NCBI GenBank assembly: GCA_002269645.1 | Contig: NIVC01003579.1 | Coordinates: 1-64,000, forward strand | Source: Macrostomum lignano | Taxonomy: Eukaryota | Reading direction: 5' to 3' | Length of the DNA stretch: 64,000 nt | Shown: in pieces, positions 1 to 11,000 of the stretch | How the letters are laid out: every line of letters begins with the position of its first letter | Numbering within the stretch: position 1 is the first letter of the stretch | The notes under the pieces: generated by a model | Seen by the model: only the letters and a program-made list of their open reading frames with translations | Databases searched by the model: none | Told to the model about the DNA's origin: nothing | Program-made: the position numbers and the translations under genes

Positions 1-60
1 GAATGAAGTGACAGCGACAGTGACAATATCGATTAACGCATAAGGAAGATTAATTTATGA

Positions 61-3000
61 ATCAATAATTCCAAGTATGTTTTTTCGAAGCCAGCACTAA
101 ATGAAGCTCTCTGCAAATCATTGAGATCTGTATCGTCTTGTTGCCTGCGCATGAGGGGTTACTGTCATATTAGTACGGTTGAATCTAGAAAAAAATCTAC
201 GAATTTCTGGACAGTAAGGGCTGCGTGCAAGATGCAGGGGTGCAAGAGAGAACTTACTTTTGTAATGAAGGAAGAACCCCAATCGCAAGAACGCTGGGAG
301 TGGCACGTCATCGGACGAGGTCTCTTTGACCACTCGAAAGCCGAATCATCAACTTTTAGAAGAATAACAGAGGATGAGGAAGAAAATTTCACAAAACTTG
401 TCGCAGAGCATGGGGCGTCTGGAGCGCATCAAAAGCTGTCCAATGAAGATCAGCACATGGGTCACGTCTTGAGCAAAAACTTTGACTCATGCAAATCGAA
501 ATTTGTAATGGAAAGAATAGCCAAAAAGGTAAATGAGGCGAAATTATTACATAAGGACGTTAATATGGAATTACTCATTATGCAGACTGCTCTACAAGAA
601 GAATACCCACACGAGTACTTGCCGGGAATAGTTAGAGAGCGCTGCACTGATCCCCTGCGTGTCGTTTTGTACTCTGGTTACCAACTGCAATATTTAATCG
701 ACCTAATACAGGAAAATGAGCTTAATGTTCTTCATATTAACGCCACCGGATCGATAATTAAAAAAGCGGATTATATCGGACGCATATTCCTGTACTCTAT
801 TGTAACAACAGCTACCAACCGCGTGAAATCTGTCTCAATAGCAGACTGCATTACAAACGGACATTCTGTCGCATCAATAGCACATTTCTTGCGTGTTCTG
901 CGCCATCATATCGTCAACATGATGTCACGGTTTAGGCAAGCCTACGTACCAATCCTATGGGTGACAGACTTTTCCTGGGCACTGATACATAGCTGCTTTG
1001 AATTCCACCAATGCGATTTGGAGACGTATTTAAATATGCAATATCACTATTTCCGAAAAAGCCAACACTTCTGTCACAGTTACGTGGTAATGCTCTGTAC
1101 AAATCATCTAATGCATTCAGTAAGCCGGTATCTAAAGCAGAAGAAGTATTCAAAGCGAATCAGGGACACTTTTTTGAGATACTTCTACAGAGTTATGACT
1201 ATTAAGGTTGTAGAAGAAGTTAAGTCAACAATTCGGGATGCAATGAACATTTTTTTGACAAAGTCTGCAAAAGTATGCCAGCGTATAATGTCCAAACCCT
1301 ATAACAGCAAAGATGATGAGCAAGGGACCAACTCAGACGGACAGTCAGAGGAAGGAGATCACGAAGACAATGACAGTACTAATGAGGACGAAACGAATAG
1401 TTCATTATACAAACGATCACCCTTTTATGAGTACTTTAATGCATGGAGGACATCAATCGCTAATAGCACTGTGGAAGTGGAGGAAGTTGCTATCGATAAC
1501 GAATTGCATTCACCGGAAATAGTCGAAATGTTTGTCATCCGATACCTCTCCTACTTTCCCTTATGGGCTGCCTGCGTCTGGAACCATGAATTCTTGGAAA
1601 GCCGCGTGAAGTCTCCTTTTTCAAATGCTCACATTGAGAGCTGGTTTAAGAGAATAAAATCCAAATTTCAGCTACCCGTCTCTGTCGCAGAGTTCTCGAA
1701 ATTAACCGCAAGTTTCTGTCATGAAAGGATAAAGGAGGCGAAATTACTTTGGCAAGTTGCTCCACCACGATTTTGCCAACGAAAAAGGAAGGCCGCGGCA
1801 GAGACAGCTGATGGGGCTGAAGAAAGCTGGGGCAAAAAACGATGCAGATACTCAAACAGTAGGCAGACACCACGAACAAAGTCACAGCCTCCCCCCTGTG
1901 AGTTTCCAAAATCGCCACTCGACTCTCAGCAACCGCCACGCGACTCTCAGCAACTGCCACGCGACTCTCAGCAACCGCCACGCGACTCTCAGCAACCGCC
2001 ACGCAAGTCTCAGCAACCGCCACGCGACTCTCAGCAACCGCCACGCGAGTCTCAGCAACCGCCACGCGACTCTCAGCAACCGCCACGCGACTCTCAGCAA
2101 CCGCACGCGACTCTCAGCAACTGCCACGCGACTCTCAGCAACTGCCACGCGACTCTCAGCAACCGCCCAGCTCAAAAATTTCGGCTCTACGAGATGTAAG
2201 AGGAACGCCAATTTCAGAAGAGCAATTAGCGTCACTCAATGGTACAAACTGGCTGGACTATGCAGTAAGAAATTTGTAGGAAGTGCTTTGCGTCATAGCA
2301 TTACGGTATGTACGTAATTTAATGTGTAGAAGGTATTAAAAATATTATCAGGTTGTGTACGGCTACTTGGCTGCAATTGCTAGCGGAGCAGATGGAGTTG
2401 CTATGCAGCAGAGTGATTTTCTTTCCTTGCTAGACGGTGGTAGCAAAGGCTCTCAGCACATTGAATCTCTTCGGAACTATTTCCTTGGTCGAGCGGTAAG
2501 CATAATGTGAAATTTTAACTTTTAATCTGATGTTGGTTTCACCATCGACCATTGCTACAAGTATAGTTGATATCCACATGCAGAGGTGGAACAATCCTGC
2601 AACAATTCTATAATTCTGAAGAATTAATTATAAAAAATTTTAGACAGTGAAGAAAATTCTGGTCCCGATGCTTACGCAAAGCCATTTTTGGCTTTTGGCT
2701 GTGTTCTTCGACGATCTTACAGTGCACTATCTGGACTCCATACGTCGGAGTGACAGAAGAAAGCAACTGGCATTGAACTGTACTGCCAAATTGAAGTAGG
2801 TAAAATGTACACGAGAAGGGGGGCTTTGAAATTTGCAAGGCATATTAACTGAACTTACGTGCCATTTTCTAATTTTAGTGAGCTCCTTGCTTCTTCAGCT
2901 GCTTCTACCTTTCTCCCTGAGCAGATGGAGCACCTTAGGGGTAGAAAGTTTAGAAGTGTAGTAAGAATGTGCACCCAGCAAAAAGATACGTTTTCATGTG

Positions 3001-3401
3001 GCGTTCTGACCTGCTTATTTGGCCACAATTTGTTTCTTGATAAGTGCACTGTGTTGTCTGCGTTCACTGCGCAGAAATTGAGTGCTGCTCGCCAGCACAT
3101 TAAAAATACTGTGATTAATTTCATGGAAGAAACTGAGCAACCCATTTGCAGGTTCTGTGGCTTGGAGGAGCCCGCTGGCCGAAGGAAGCGAATCGAATGG
3201 GTAAATTAATGCGATGTAAAATACCCATGCATTTTACATGTACATGTACAACAGTAAGGGATTCAACCAGCTTGCAAGACCTTTTCTGCATCATTTTAGA
3301 TTGAATGCCCCTCCTGCCTCTTTTGGTACCACAAAATCTGTTGGAACAGCTGGAAAAGCACGGCAAATGTTTGCTCCGATTGCGCCAGACTTGATGCATA
3401 A
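61..3401 (+). pseudogene. Spliced Mutator/NOF-FB-like DDE transposase fused to Ulp1/SENP (C48) protease and C-terminal PHD finger; apparently inactive
   Basis: Frame open 61-2104 with MULE/NOF-type motifs HINATG (739-741, N at the expected first catalytic D), WVTDFSWAL (D 967-969), CTNH (CxxH, 1096-1107) and NAHIESWF (E 1636-1638). Restoring one C at ~2104 continues the frame into ISEEQLASLNGTNWLDYA. Hand-spliced GT-AG exons: ..2264, 2352-2495, 2644-2795, 2879-3200, 3300-3401, all phases compatible. They give WLDYAVVYGYL, KKILVPMLTQSHFWLL..HYLDS, QQKDTFSCGV (Ulp1 H/D/Q/C) and CRFC..WIECPSCLFWYHKIC..CSDC (PHD). Stops at 4-6, 34-36 and 58-60 upstream. Confidence 0.8.
1914..2166 (+). repeat. 21-bp coding minisatellite x12 (RDSQQPP) linking transposase and Ulp1
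   Basis: Unit CGCGACTCTCAGCAACCGCCA; one unit lacks a C at ~2104. Confidence 0.95.
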
Positions 3402-3982
3402 AATGCTGACTGTGTTGAATAAAGAAAGGGACAATGCAGTTATCGCGGATCAAGTCTGACGTGATATTTATGGGGTGTTTTATGTTTTGTTGCACGAAAT
3501 GTTTTGATGCTTATTTTCTGTAGTTTGATTCTCAGTTGCTGACGGGATTACCCCATCGTCTGAGTCGATAACATTAATTCTGTTCGATTTTACTAATGTG
3601 CACTGTTTAGCAAAGTGATCACTTTTCCAACGTTTGGCGCCTGTCTTTGGCGTTTGCACGTTCTGCAGTTGTTCGGTGGGCGATTTCGCTTACCCTTGTC
3701 GGAGTTGTCAATTGCGAATCGGTTTGAGACTCATTTGCTTCTGCGGTAGGCAGATCAATTTCTTAAAGTGATACCTGATACTCTCCAGTCATAATTTAGT
3801 CGCAAACTTTCTTTGCCATTTTGAGAGTCAGGTCTTACTTTATTCTGGTAGTCGTTCGACAAATTTGCTATCTCGATAAAAGATAAAAGAGAATAAAAAT
3901 GCCCTTAGCCTGCTGTCAGTAGGCTAGTAAGTTTAGAGCCCATGTGCTAGCGCGGGATTTGGGAAAAAGTGCGTCCTCATCA

Positions 3983-4636
3983 AAATGTCGTAAAAACATT
4001 TGCTAGGGAATATCTCAGCTTGTGAAGCGTCTTTGTGTGTGTCTGAGGTGTCTTTTTAAAGCAGAGACATGCATAAAACAGCTGTGCAAATTTCATGCAG
4101 AAAGACCAAAGAGGGACGATGTAGTGGCTTCTCAAAAAACTACTATATACAGTATTCGGTATATTGGGAAACGTCGTAACAACAGTTGCTAGGGAATATC
4201 TCAGCTTGTGAAGCGTCTTTGTGTGTGTCTGAGGTGTCTTTTTAAAGCAGAGACATGCGTAAAACAGCTGTGCAAATTTCATGCAGAAAGACCAAAGTGG
4301 GACGATGTAGTGGCTTCTCAAAAAACTACTATATACAGTATTTGGTATATTGGGAAACGTCGTAACAACAGTTGCTAGGGAATATCTCAGCTTGTGAAGC
4401 GTCTTTGTGTGTGTCTGAGGTGTCTTTTTAAAGCAGAGACATGCGTAAAACAGCTGTGCAAATTTCATGCAGAAAGACCAAAGAGGGACGATGTAGTGGC
4501 TTCTCAAAAAACTACTATATACAGTATTCGGTATATTGGGAAACGTCGTAACAACAGTTGCTAGGGAATATCTCAGCTTGTGAAGCGTCTTTGTGTGTGT
4601 CTGAGGTGTCTTTTTAAAGCAGAGACATGCGTAAAA
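3983..4636. repeat. 186-bp tandem repeat, ~3.5 copies
   Basis: TGCTAGGGAATATCTCAGC recurs at 4001, 4187, 4373 and 4559 (period 186), near-identical. Confidence 0.95.
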
Positions 4637-5393
4637 GTTTCTATAAATTCACAGCATCTTGCGTAATAAATAGACAATTTTGTTAAACATTTAATGAACG
4701 ATTTCTGAATGTCTGTCTGAATGTCTGTCGGGAAACCAATACATAACGATTCTTATATAGGCTATGACAATAACTTGTATAAGCCAAGGTATATTTTAAA
4801 TATCAAATGTGCGGAACAAAAAAATATCAACAAAGCATATATAAGAAAAATTTTTTGCCAAAAAACACATTTGTTAGATTTAATTATATCAGTAGTAACT
4901 CTAATACTAATATAAATTTATTAAAGCTCCTTCAAAGCCAAAGAAAAAAATTATTGAAGTTTTGAATATGTGTTGGAAGGCTAACTTTATATTAAATGAT
5001 TCCATTCCATAGCTAACACCAAGGTTGTCATAGGGATTCTTTCTGTCCTTGGGATTATCTCACTAAATGCCACCAAAGTTGTAACCAAATCTTATTGTCC
5101 TATTAATCCTAATTTTAGTAATATTCTGATAGCATTCTAGTAGCATCTAATATATAATTCTTGCCTGAGCAGTCTTATTGGTATATATACTTTCTCTCCT
5201 ATCTGGGCATTACTAAGATTAGAAAGTCATTGCCCTTATTCTTAATATTCTTTTTGAATGAGCTTCCAACCTTCACAATACTCTAAGAACTCGGAGAAAT
5301 AAGTAATCTAAAAATCAGTTATTGAACACATTTTGAGCTTATAGCTAATGAACGAGTTATCCTTTTATTCCTAAAATATGCTCTTATTTATAC

Positions 5394-5891
5394 AAATTCT
5401 AGTCGTTTTGCCTATAAACCAGTTTGGCTATAGGCATTTTGGCCAAAATGGTGATTATGTAATTTAGAGATACAGCCATGCTTGTATCTTTATTTTCTTT
5501 TTTCTTGCTAATCTTTAGTTTTAATGTATAAAAAAAATTATGATCTAAATTGTTGCTACAACAAATGTGTTATTGCAATTTTGTTTATTATAATTGTGAA
5601 TTATTACTTGAAGTTTTTTTAAGTTATTCCTTTTGAAAGTGTGACAATTAAAGCCAATTTAAATAGCTAAGGATAAGAAAAGGTTTCAGTTATAGCAAGG
5701 TAAAGCAAGAAATATTGAAAGAATAAGATTTGTCATCAAAATTGAAAATCAAAGCACAGAGTTTAAAACTTTAAAGTTTAAAAATGGTCCATGGCCAAAA
5801 CGGTCTATGGAAAAATGGTCTGTGGGCAAAATGGTGTAGGGGCTAAAATGTCCATGGCAAAACTAGTTTATGGGCAAAACAACCAGTTACC
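5394..5891. mobile_element. MITE with degenerate ~46-bp TIRs and 8-bp TSD
   Basis: Left CTAGTCGTTTTGCCTATAAACCAGTTTGGCTATAGGCATTTTGGCC vs reverse complement of right end 37/46 identical; ATTTATAC at 5386-5393 and 5892-5899. Confidence 0.7.
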
Positions 5892-6511
5892 ATTTATACT
5901 AAGAAAATCACATATTTAAACAAATTTTATAACTCAAAAATATAAATTTTGCGTAGTAAAACAAAAGAAATTCATTGTGCACTAATTTAAAAAACAGCAT
6001 TTCCTAGAAATAAGGTATTGCTATTATATATGCACAATTAATTTTTTACTTTCTACATAACATATTTATTTAAAGGATGAATTTCATTCTAGAGTCCAAA
6101 CAGTATTTAATGAGGTAAATTTTCATTTTTTAAATAATTGCAAAAATGCAGGACTAAAACAAAAACAAACAAATAGAATACAAAGGTATTAAGATATACC
6201 TTCTTATGACAAAAATGATCAAAACATGTAATGTATTTTAATTATAAAAAAGAATTTCATTTTCAAAAATAATTTTTTAATTAGCATATCAGCTAGAATT
6301 AAGTACTATCATAGTAGCATACCATGACTAATACCAATGATATATTTGGTATAAGTGGCATAAAATAAAGAGCACTTGCAAGTATCAATGATGTATGACA
6401 ACCAGCCTTGGTATATAATAAATTTTTCTATTGTAAACCTGTCCTTTTGCATTATAGCAAATTTGCTTTGGAACATTATTGACCTAACTAACTAGAACTA
6501 AATTCTTTTTA

Positions 6512-7260
6512 ATCTTTTCGGTTCGAAACACAATCCTAACGGTGCACTTAAGCCATTTGCTAAACATTTTCTCAAGTTCTTTCAAGAACGCTTGAGAACA
6601 TTTTTTCAAAACACTTGACTTCAAGAAAAAACTTGAGAAAACATTTAGCAAATGTTTTAAGTGCACCGTTAGGATTGTGTTTTGCACCGAAAAGATCGGA
6701 CGCTATGCTAGCTGGCTCAAGTCAGCTGTTCCACTTGCTCAAAGAGCTGGTGTTGTTTACCAATTTCGCTGCTTTGAGGATCAGAGCGTTTCTTACATTG
6801 GAAAAACAAAGCGACACCTGCACACTAGAGCTAGGGAACATTGGCTAAAAAGCTCTGCAATTAATGACCATCTGCTTGTTTGTAAAAAATGCTGTGACAG
6901 TGAACCGATTCAGCTCTTTAAAGTGCTGGATGGGTGCAAATTTGACCATAAGCTTAAGATTATTAAAGCTTCGTATATCAGAATGCACAAACCCAACCTG
7001 AATGTGCAGCTTGCTGGCAATGGGGTGGAGCGTGAGCTAAGAGTACTGTGAACAGAGCTGTGCCTATTTATTTTTTTTCTCTCTCTCACTTTGTTGTGTA
7101 CTTGGTACTTTCTTAATTCTACCAGACTGTTTTGACCCGCCTCTGGACTGTAGAGTGATTTTGGCTTAAATATATTGGTGGTGTGATCTTAGGTTGATTG
7201 AATTTGCCCTGACGACGTCTTGTGTTTGATGAAATGCATTGGCTAGAATTAAACAAAGTT
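6512..7260 (+). mobile_element. 5'-truncated Penelope-like retroelement (GIY-YIG endonuclease end plus 3' region) with inverted 5' segment
   Basis: ORF 6677-7051: VVYQFRC..SYIGKTKRHLHTRAREH..HL..C..LKIIKASYIRMHKPNLN, typical of the Penelope GIY-YIG domain. Hammerhead downstream; arms 6512-6576 and 6632-6696 inverted. Confidence 0.8.
7206..7243 (+). ncRNA. Minimal type I hammerhead ribozyme (Penelope-associated)
   Basis: GCC-CTGACGA-cGTC ttgtgttt GAT-GAAA-TGCA-T-T-GGC. Core CUGANGA...GAAA, stem I GCC/GGC, stem II GTC/GAT, palindromic stem III AATGCATT, NUH triplet AUU. Confidence 0.7.
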
Positions 7261-8031
7261 TACTTTTTATGTTTTTGTTGATGTTTATTTTCCTGCAATA
7301 CATGTGGTCAACAATCAATTGGCTAGCAATGTATCAAAGTGCTAGTTAAGGATCAAACTATAGTGATCTTGCTGCCAATTATCACTTGGCATATTAGAAG
7401 TGTAGATTTTGCTAGGACAATTATTTCCTACTAGGATACAAAGTGATTATAGAAAGCAAATGGCTTATTGTCCAAAATATTCTAATGAATGCTATAACTT
7501 TTTGTAATAGCTATGCTATAATAATAAAATGCTTTGTTTAAAATCTACAAAAAACTAATATAATATACATGTATAAGAACTAAGTAAGAATGAGTATGGA
7601 AAATTTCTCATAGACTATTTATGTAGCTTTATTAAAATTTGTATAATTGAAATCATTTTACTAGTCACATTTAGGTATTTTTTAACATTTGTATCTAATT
7701 TTATTGTTTTATACTTTATAGAAAGCCTATCTCAACAACAGTTGTACCAATGTAAATAAGAACAGAGCTATAGTCTATAGTACTATGTGGACAATCAGTG
7801 CCATACTCTAATTATAAAATAAAAATGAAATAACAATATTTTTTTACAATTTATTAGACAGAATAAAAAAACTTGATTTTGTTTAGAAAGTTTAACGCAA
7901 AATGAAACTAAAAGAAGCAACTTCCAAAAGACAAGTTTTTTTCTGTATTGTGTTTACATCAATGTTGGTATTTTATATCTTATCATTGCATTTTAATTAC
8001 TGGCATGTGTTATTTTTCAATTCAATTTTAG

Positions 8032-11000
8032 AGTGGTTAAAGAGGAGATCACAGACGATAATGCAAATCTGCCATGTTGCAATGGTCGGGTTGTATCTTG
8101 GGTAAGTATGTTTTTTTAAATCGAAATGTATTTGCAATTATAATCACAATATAAACAGTCTTATAAGACCAGGAAAATTAAACTTTCTTCGCTAGAATCT
8201 TCATTTTTTGGCGCCAAATCCAGTCTAAGTTATAGGCGCTAAATCTTCATTTTAAGCGCCAACTCCAGTCAATTCTAGGCGCTAAAATCTTCAGTTTCTT
8301 TGGCCCAAATCCGGTAAAATCTTCAGTTTCTTCTGGCGCCAAATCCGGTAAAATCTTCAGTTTCTTCTGGCGCCAAATCCGGTAAAATCTTCAGTTTCTT
8401 CTGGCGCCAAATCCGGTAAAATCTTCAGTTTCTTTGGCGCCAAATCCGGTAAAATCTTCAGTTTCTTCTGGCGCCAAATCCGGTAAAATCTTCAGTTTCT
8501 TTGGCGCCAAATCCGGTAAAATCTTCAGTTTCTTCTGGCGCCAAATCCGGTAAAATCTTCAGTTTCTTTGGCGCCAAATCCGGTAAAATCTTCAGTTTCT
8601 TCTGGCGCCAAATCCGGTAAAATCTTCAGTTTCTTTGGCGCCAAATCCGGTAAAATCTTCAGTTTCTTCTGGCGCCAAATCCGGTAAAATCTTCAGTTTC
8701 TTTGGCGCCAAATCCGGTAAAATCTTCAGTTTCTTCTGGCGCCAAATCCGGTAAAATCTTCAGTTTCTTTGGCGCCAAATCCGGTAAAATCTTCAGTTTC
8801 TTCTGGCGCCAAATCCGGTAAAATCTTCAGTTTCTTCTGGCGCCAAATCCGGTAAAATCTTCAGTTTCTTCTGGCGCCAAATCCGGTAAAATCTTCAGTT
8901 TCTTTGGCGCCAAATCCGGTAAAATCTTCAGTTTCTTCTGGCGCCAAATCCGGTAAAATCTTCAGTTTCTTCTGGCGCCAAATCCGGTAAAATCTTCAGT
9001 TTCTTCTGGCGCCAAATCCGGTAAAATCTTCAGTTTCTTCTGGCGCCAAATCCGGTAAAATCTTCAGTTTCTTCTGGCGCCAAATCCGGTAAAATCTTCA
9101 GTTTCTTTGGCGCCAAATCCGGTAAAATCTTCAGTTTCTTCTGGCGCCAAATCCGGTAAAATCTTCAGTTTCTTCTGGCGCCAAATCCGGTAAAATCTTC
9201 AGTTTCTTCTGGCGCCAAATCCGGTAAAATCTTCAGTTTCTTTGGCGCCAAATCCGGTAAAATCTTCAGTTTCTTCTGGCGCCAAATCCGGTAAAATCTT
9301 CAGTTTCTTTGGCGCCAAATCCGGTAAAATCTTCAGTTTCTTCTGGCGCCAAATCCGGTAAAATCTTCAGTTTCTTTGGCGCTAAATCCGGTAAAATCTT
9401 CAGTTTCTTCTGGCGCCAAATCCGGTAAAATCTTCAGTTTCTTCTGGCGCCAAATCCGGTAAAATCTTCAGTTTCTTCTGGCGCCAAATCCGGTAAAATC
9501 TTCAGTTTCTTTGGCGCCAAATCCGGTAAAATCTTCAGTTTCTTCTGGCGCCAAATCCGGTAAAATCTTCAGTTTTTTTTGGCGCCAAATCCGGTAAAAT
9601 CTTCAGTTTCTTCTGGCGCCAAATCCGGTAAAATCTTCAGTTTCTTTGGCGCCAAATCCGGTAAAATCTTCAGTTTCTTCTGGCGCCAAATCCGGTAAAA
9701 TCTTCAGTTTCTTTGGCGCTAAATCCGGTAAAATCTTCAGTTTCTTCTGGCGCCAAATCCGGTAAAATCTTCAGTTTCTTCTGGCGCCAAATCCGGTAAA
9801 ATCTTCAGTTTCTTCTGGCGCCAAATCCGGTAAAATCTTCAGTTTCTTTGGCGCCAAATCCGGTAAAATCTTCAGTTTCTTCTGGCGCCAAATCCGGTAA
9901 AATCTTCAGTTTTTTTTGGCGCCAAATCCGGTAAAATCTTCAGTTTCTTCTGGCGCCAAATCCGGTAAAATCTTCAGTTTCTTTGGCGCCAAATCCGGTA
10001 AAATCTTCAGTTTCTTCTGGCGCCAAATCCGGTAAAATCTTCAGTTTCTTTGGCGCCAAATCCGGTAAAATCTTCAGTTTCTTCTGGCGCCAAATCCGGT
10101 AAAATCTTCAGTTTCTTCTGGCGCCAAATCCGGTAAAATCTTCAGTTTCTTCTGGCGCCAAATCCGGTAAAATCTTCAGTTTCTTCTGGCGCCAAATCCG
10201 GTAAAATCTTCAGTTTCTTTGGCGCCAAATCCGGTAAAATCTTCAGTTTCTTCTGGCGCCAAATCCGGTAAAATCTTCAGTTTCTTCTGGCGCCAAATCC
10301 GGTAAAATCTTCAGTTTCTTCTGGCGCCAAATCCGGTAAAATCTTCAGTTTCTTTGGCGCCAAATCCGGTAAAATCTTCAGTTTTTTTGGCGCCAAATCC
10401 GGTAAAATCTTCAGTTTCTTTGGCGCCAAATCCGGTAAAATCTTCAGTTTCTTCTGGCGCCAAATCCGGTAAAATCTTCAGTTTCTTTGGCGCCAAATCC
10501 GGTAAAATCTTCAGTTTCTTCTGGCGCCAAATCCGGTAAAATCTTCAGTTTCTTTGGCGCCAAATCCGGTAAAATCTTCAGTTTCTTCTGGCGCCAAATC
10601 CGGTAAAATCTTCAGTTTCTTTGGCGCCAAATCCGGTAAAATCTTCAGTTTCTTCTGGCGCCAAATTCGGTAAAATCTTCAGTTTCTTTGGCGCCAAATC
10701 CGGTAAAATCTTCAGTTTCTTCTGGCGCCAAATCCGGTAAAATCTTCAGTTTCTTTGGCGCCAAATCCGGTAAAATCTTCAGTTTCTTCTGGCGCCAAAT
10801 CCGGTAAAATCTTCAGTTTCTTCTGGCGCCAAATCCGGTAAAATCTTCAGTTTCTTCTGGCGCCAAATCCGGTAAAATCTTCAGTTTCTTTGGCGCCAAA
10901 TCCGGTAAAATCTTCAGTTTTTTTGGCGCCAAATCCGGTAAAATCTTCAGTTTCTTCTGGCGCCAAATCCGGTAAAATCTTCAGTTTCTTCTGGCGCCAA

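Larger units (their letters stand above)
1..4737 (+). mobile_element. Mutator/Foldback-type DNA transposon (left end outside window; right boundary tentative)
   Basis: Transposase-Ulp1-PHD gene, AATAAA at 3892-3897, then 186-bp subterminal repeats. Candidate terminus ...CTGAATGTCTGTCGGGAAACC at 4737 cannot be confirmed without the left end. Confidence 0.5.

Noticed and set aside
1-8031. Dishevelled exon 1 (N-terminal DIX, ending ..DFG)
   Set aside because: No matching peptide or donor found by eye; assumed to lie upstream of the window.
7902-8105. ORF 7902-8105 as a small membrane protein
   Set aside because: It overlaps the true dvl DIX exon in another frame; the rest is AT-rich intron.
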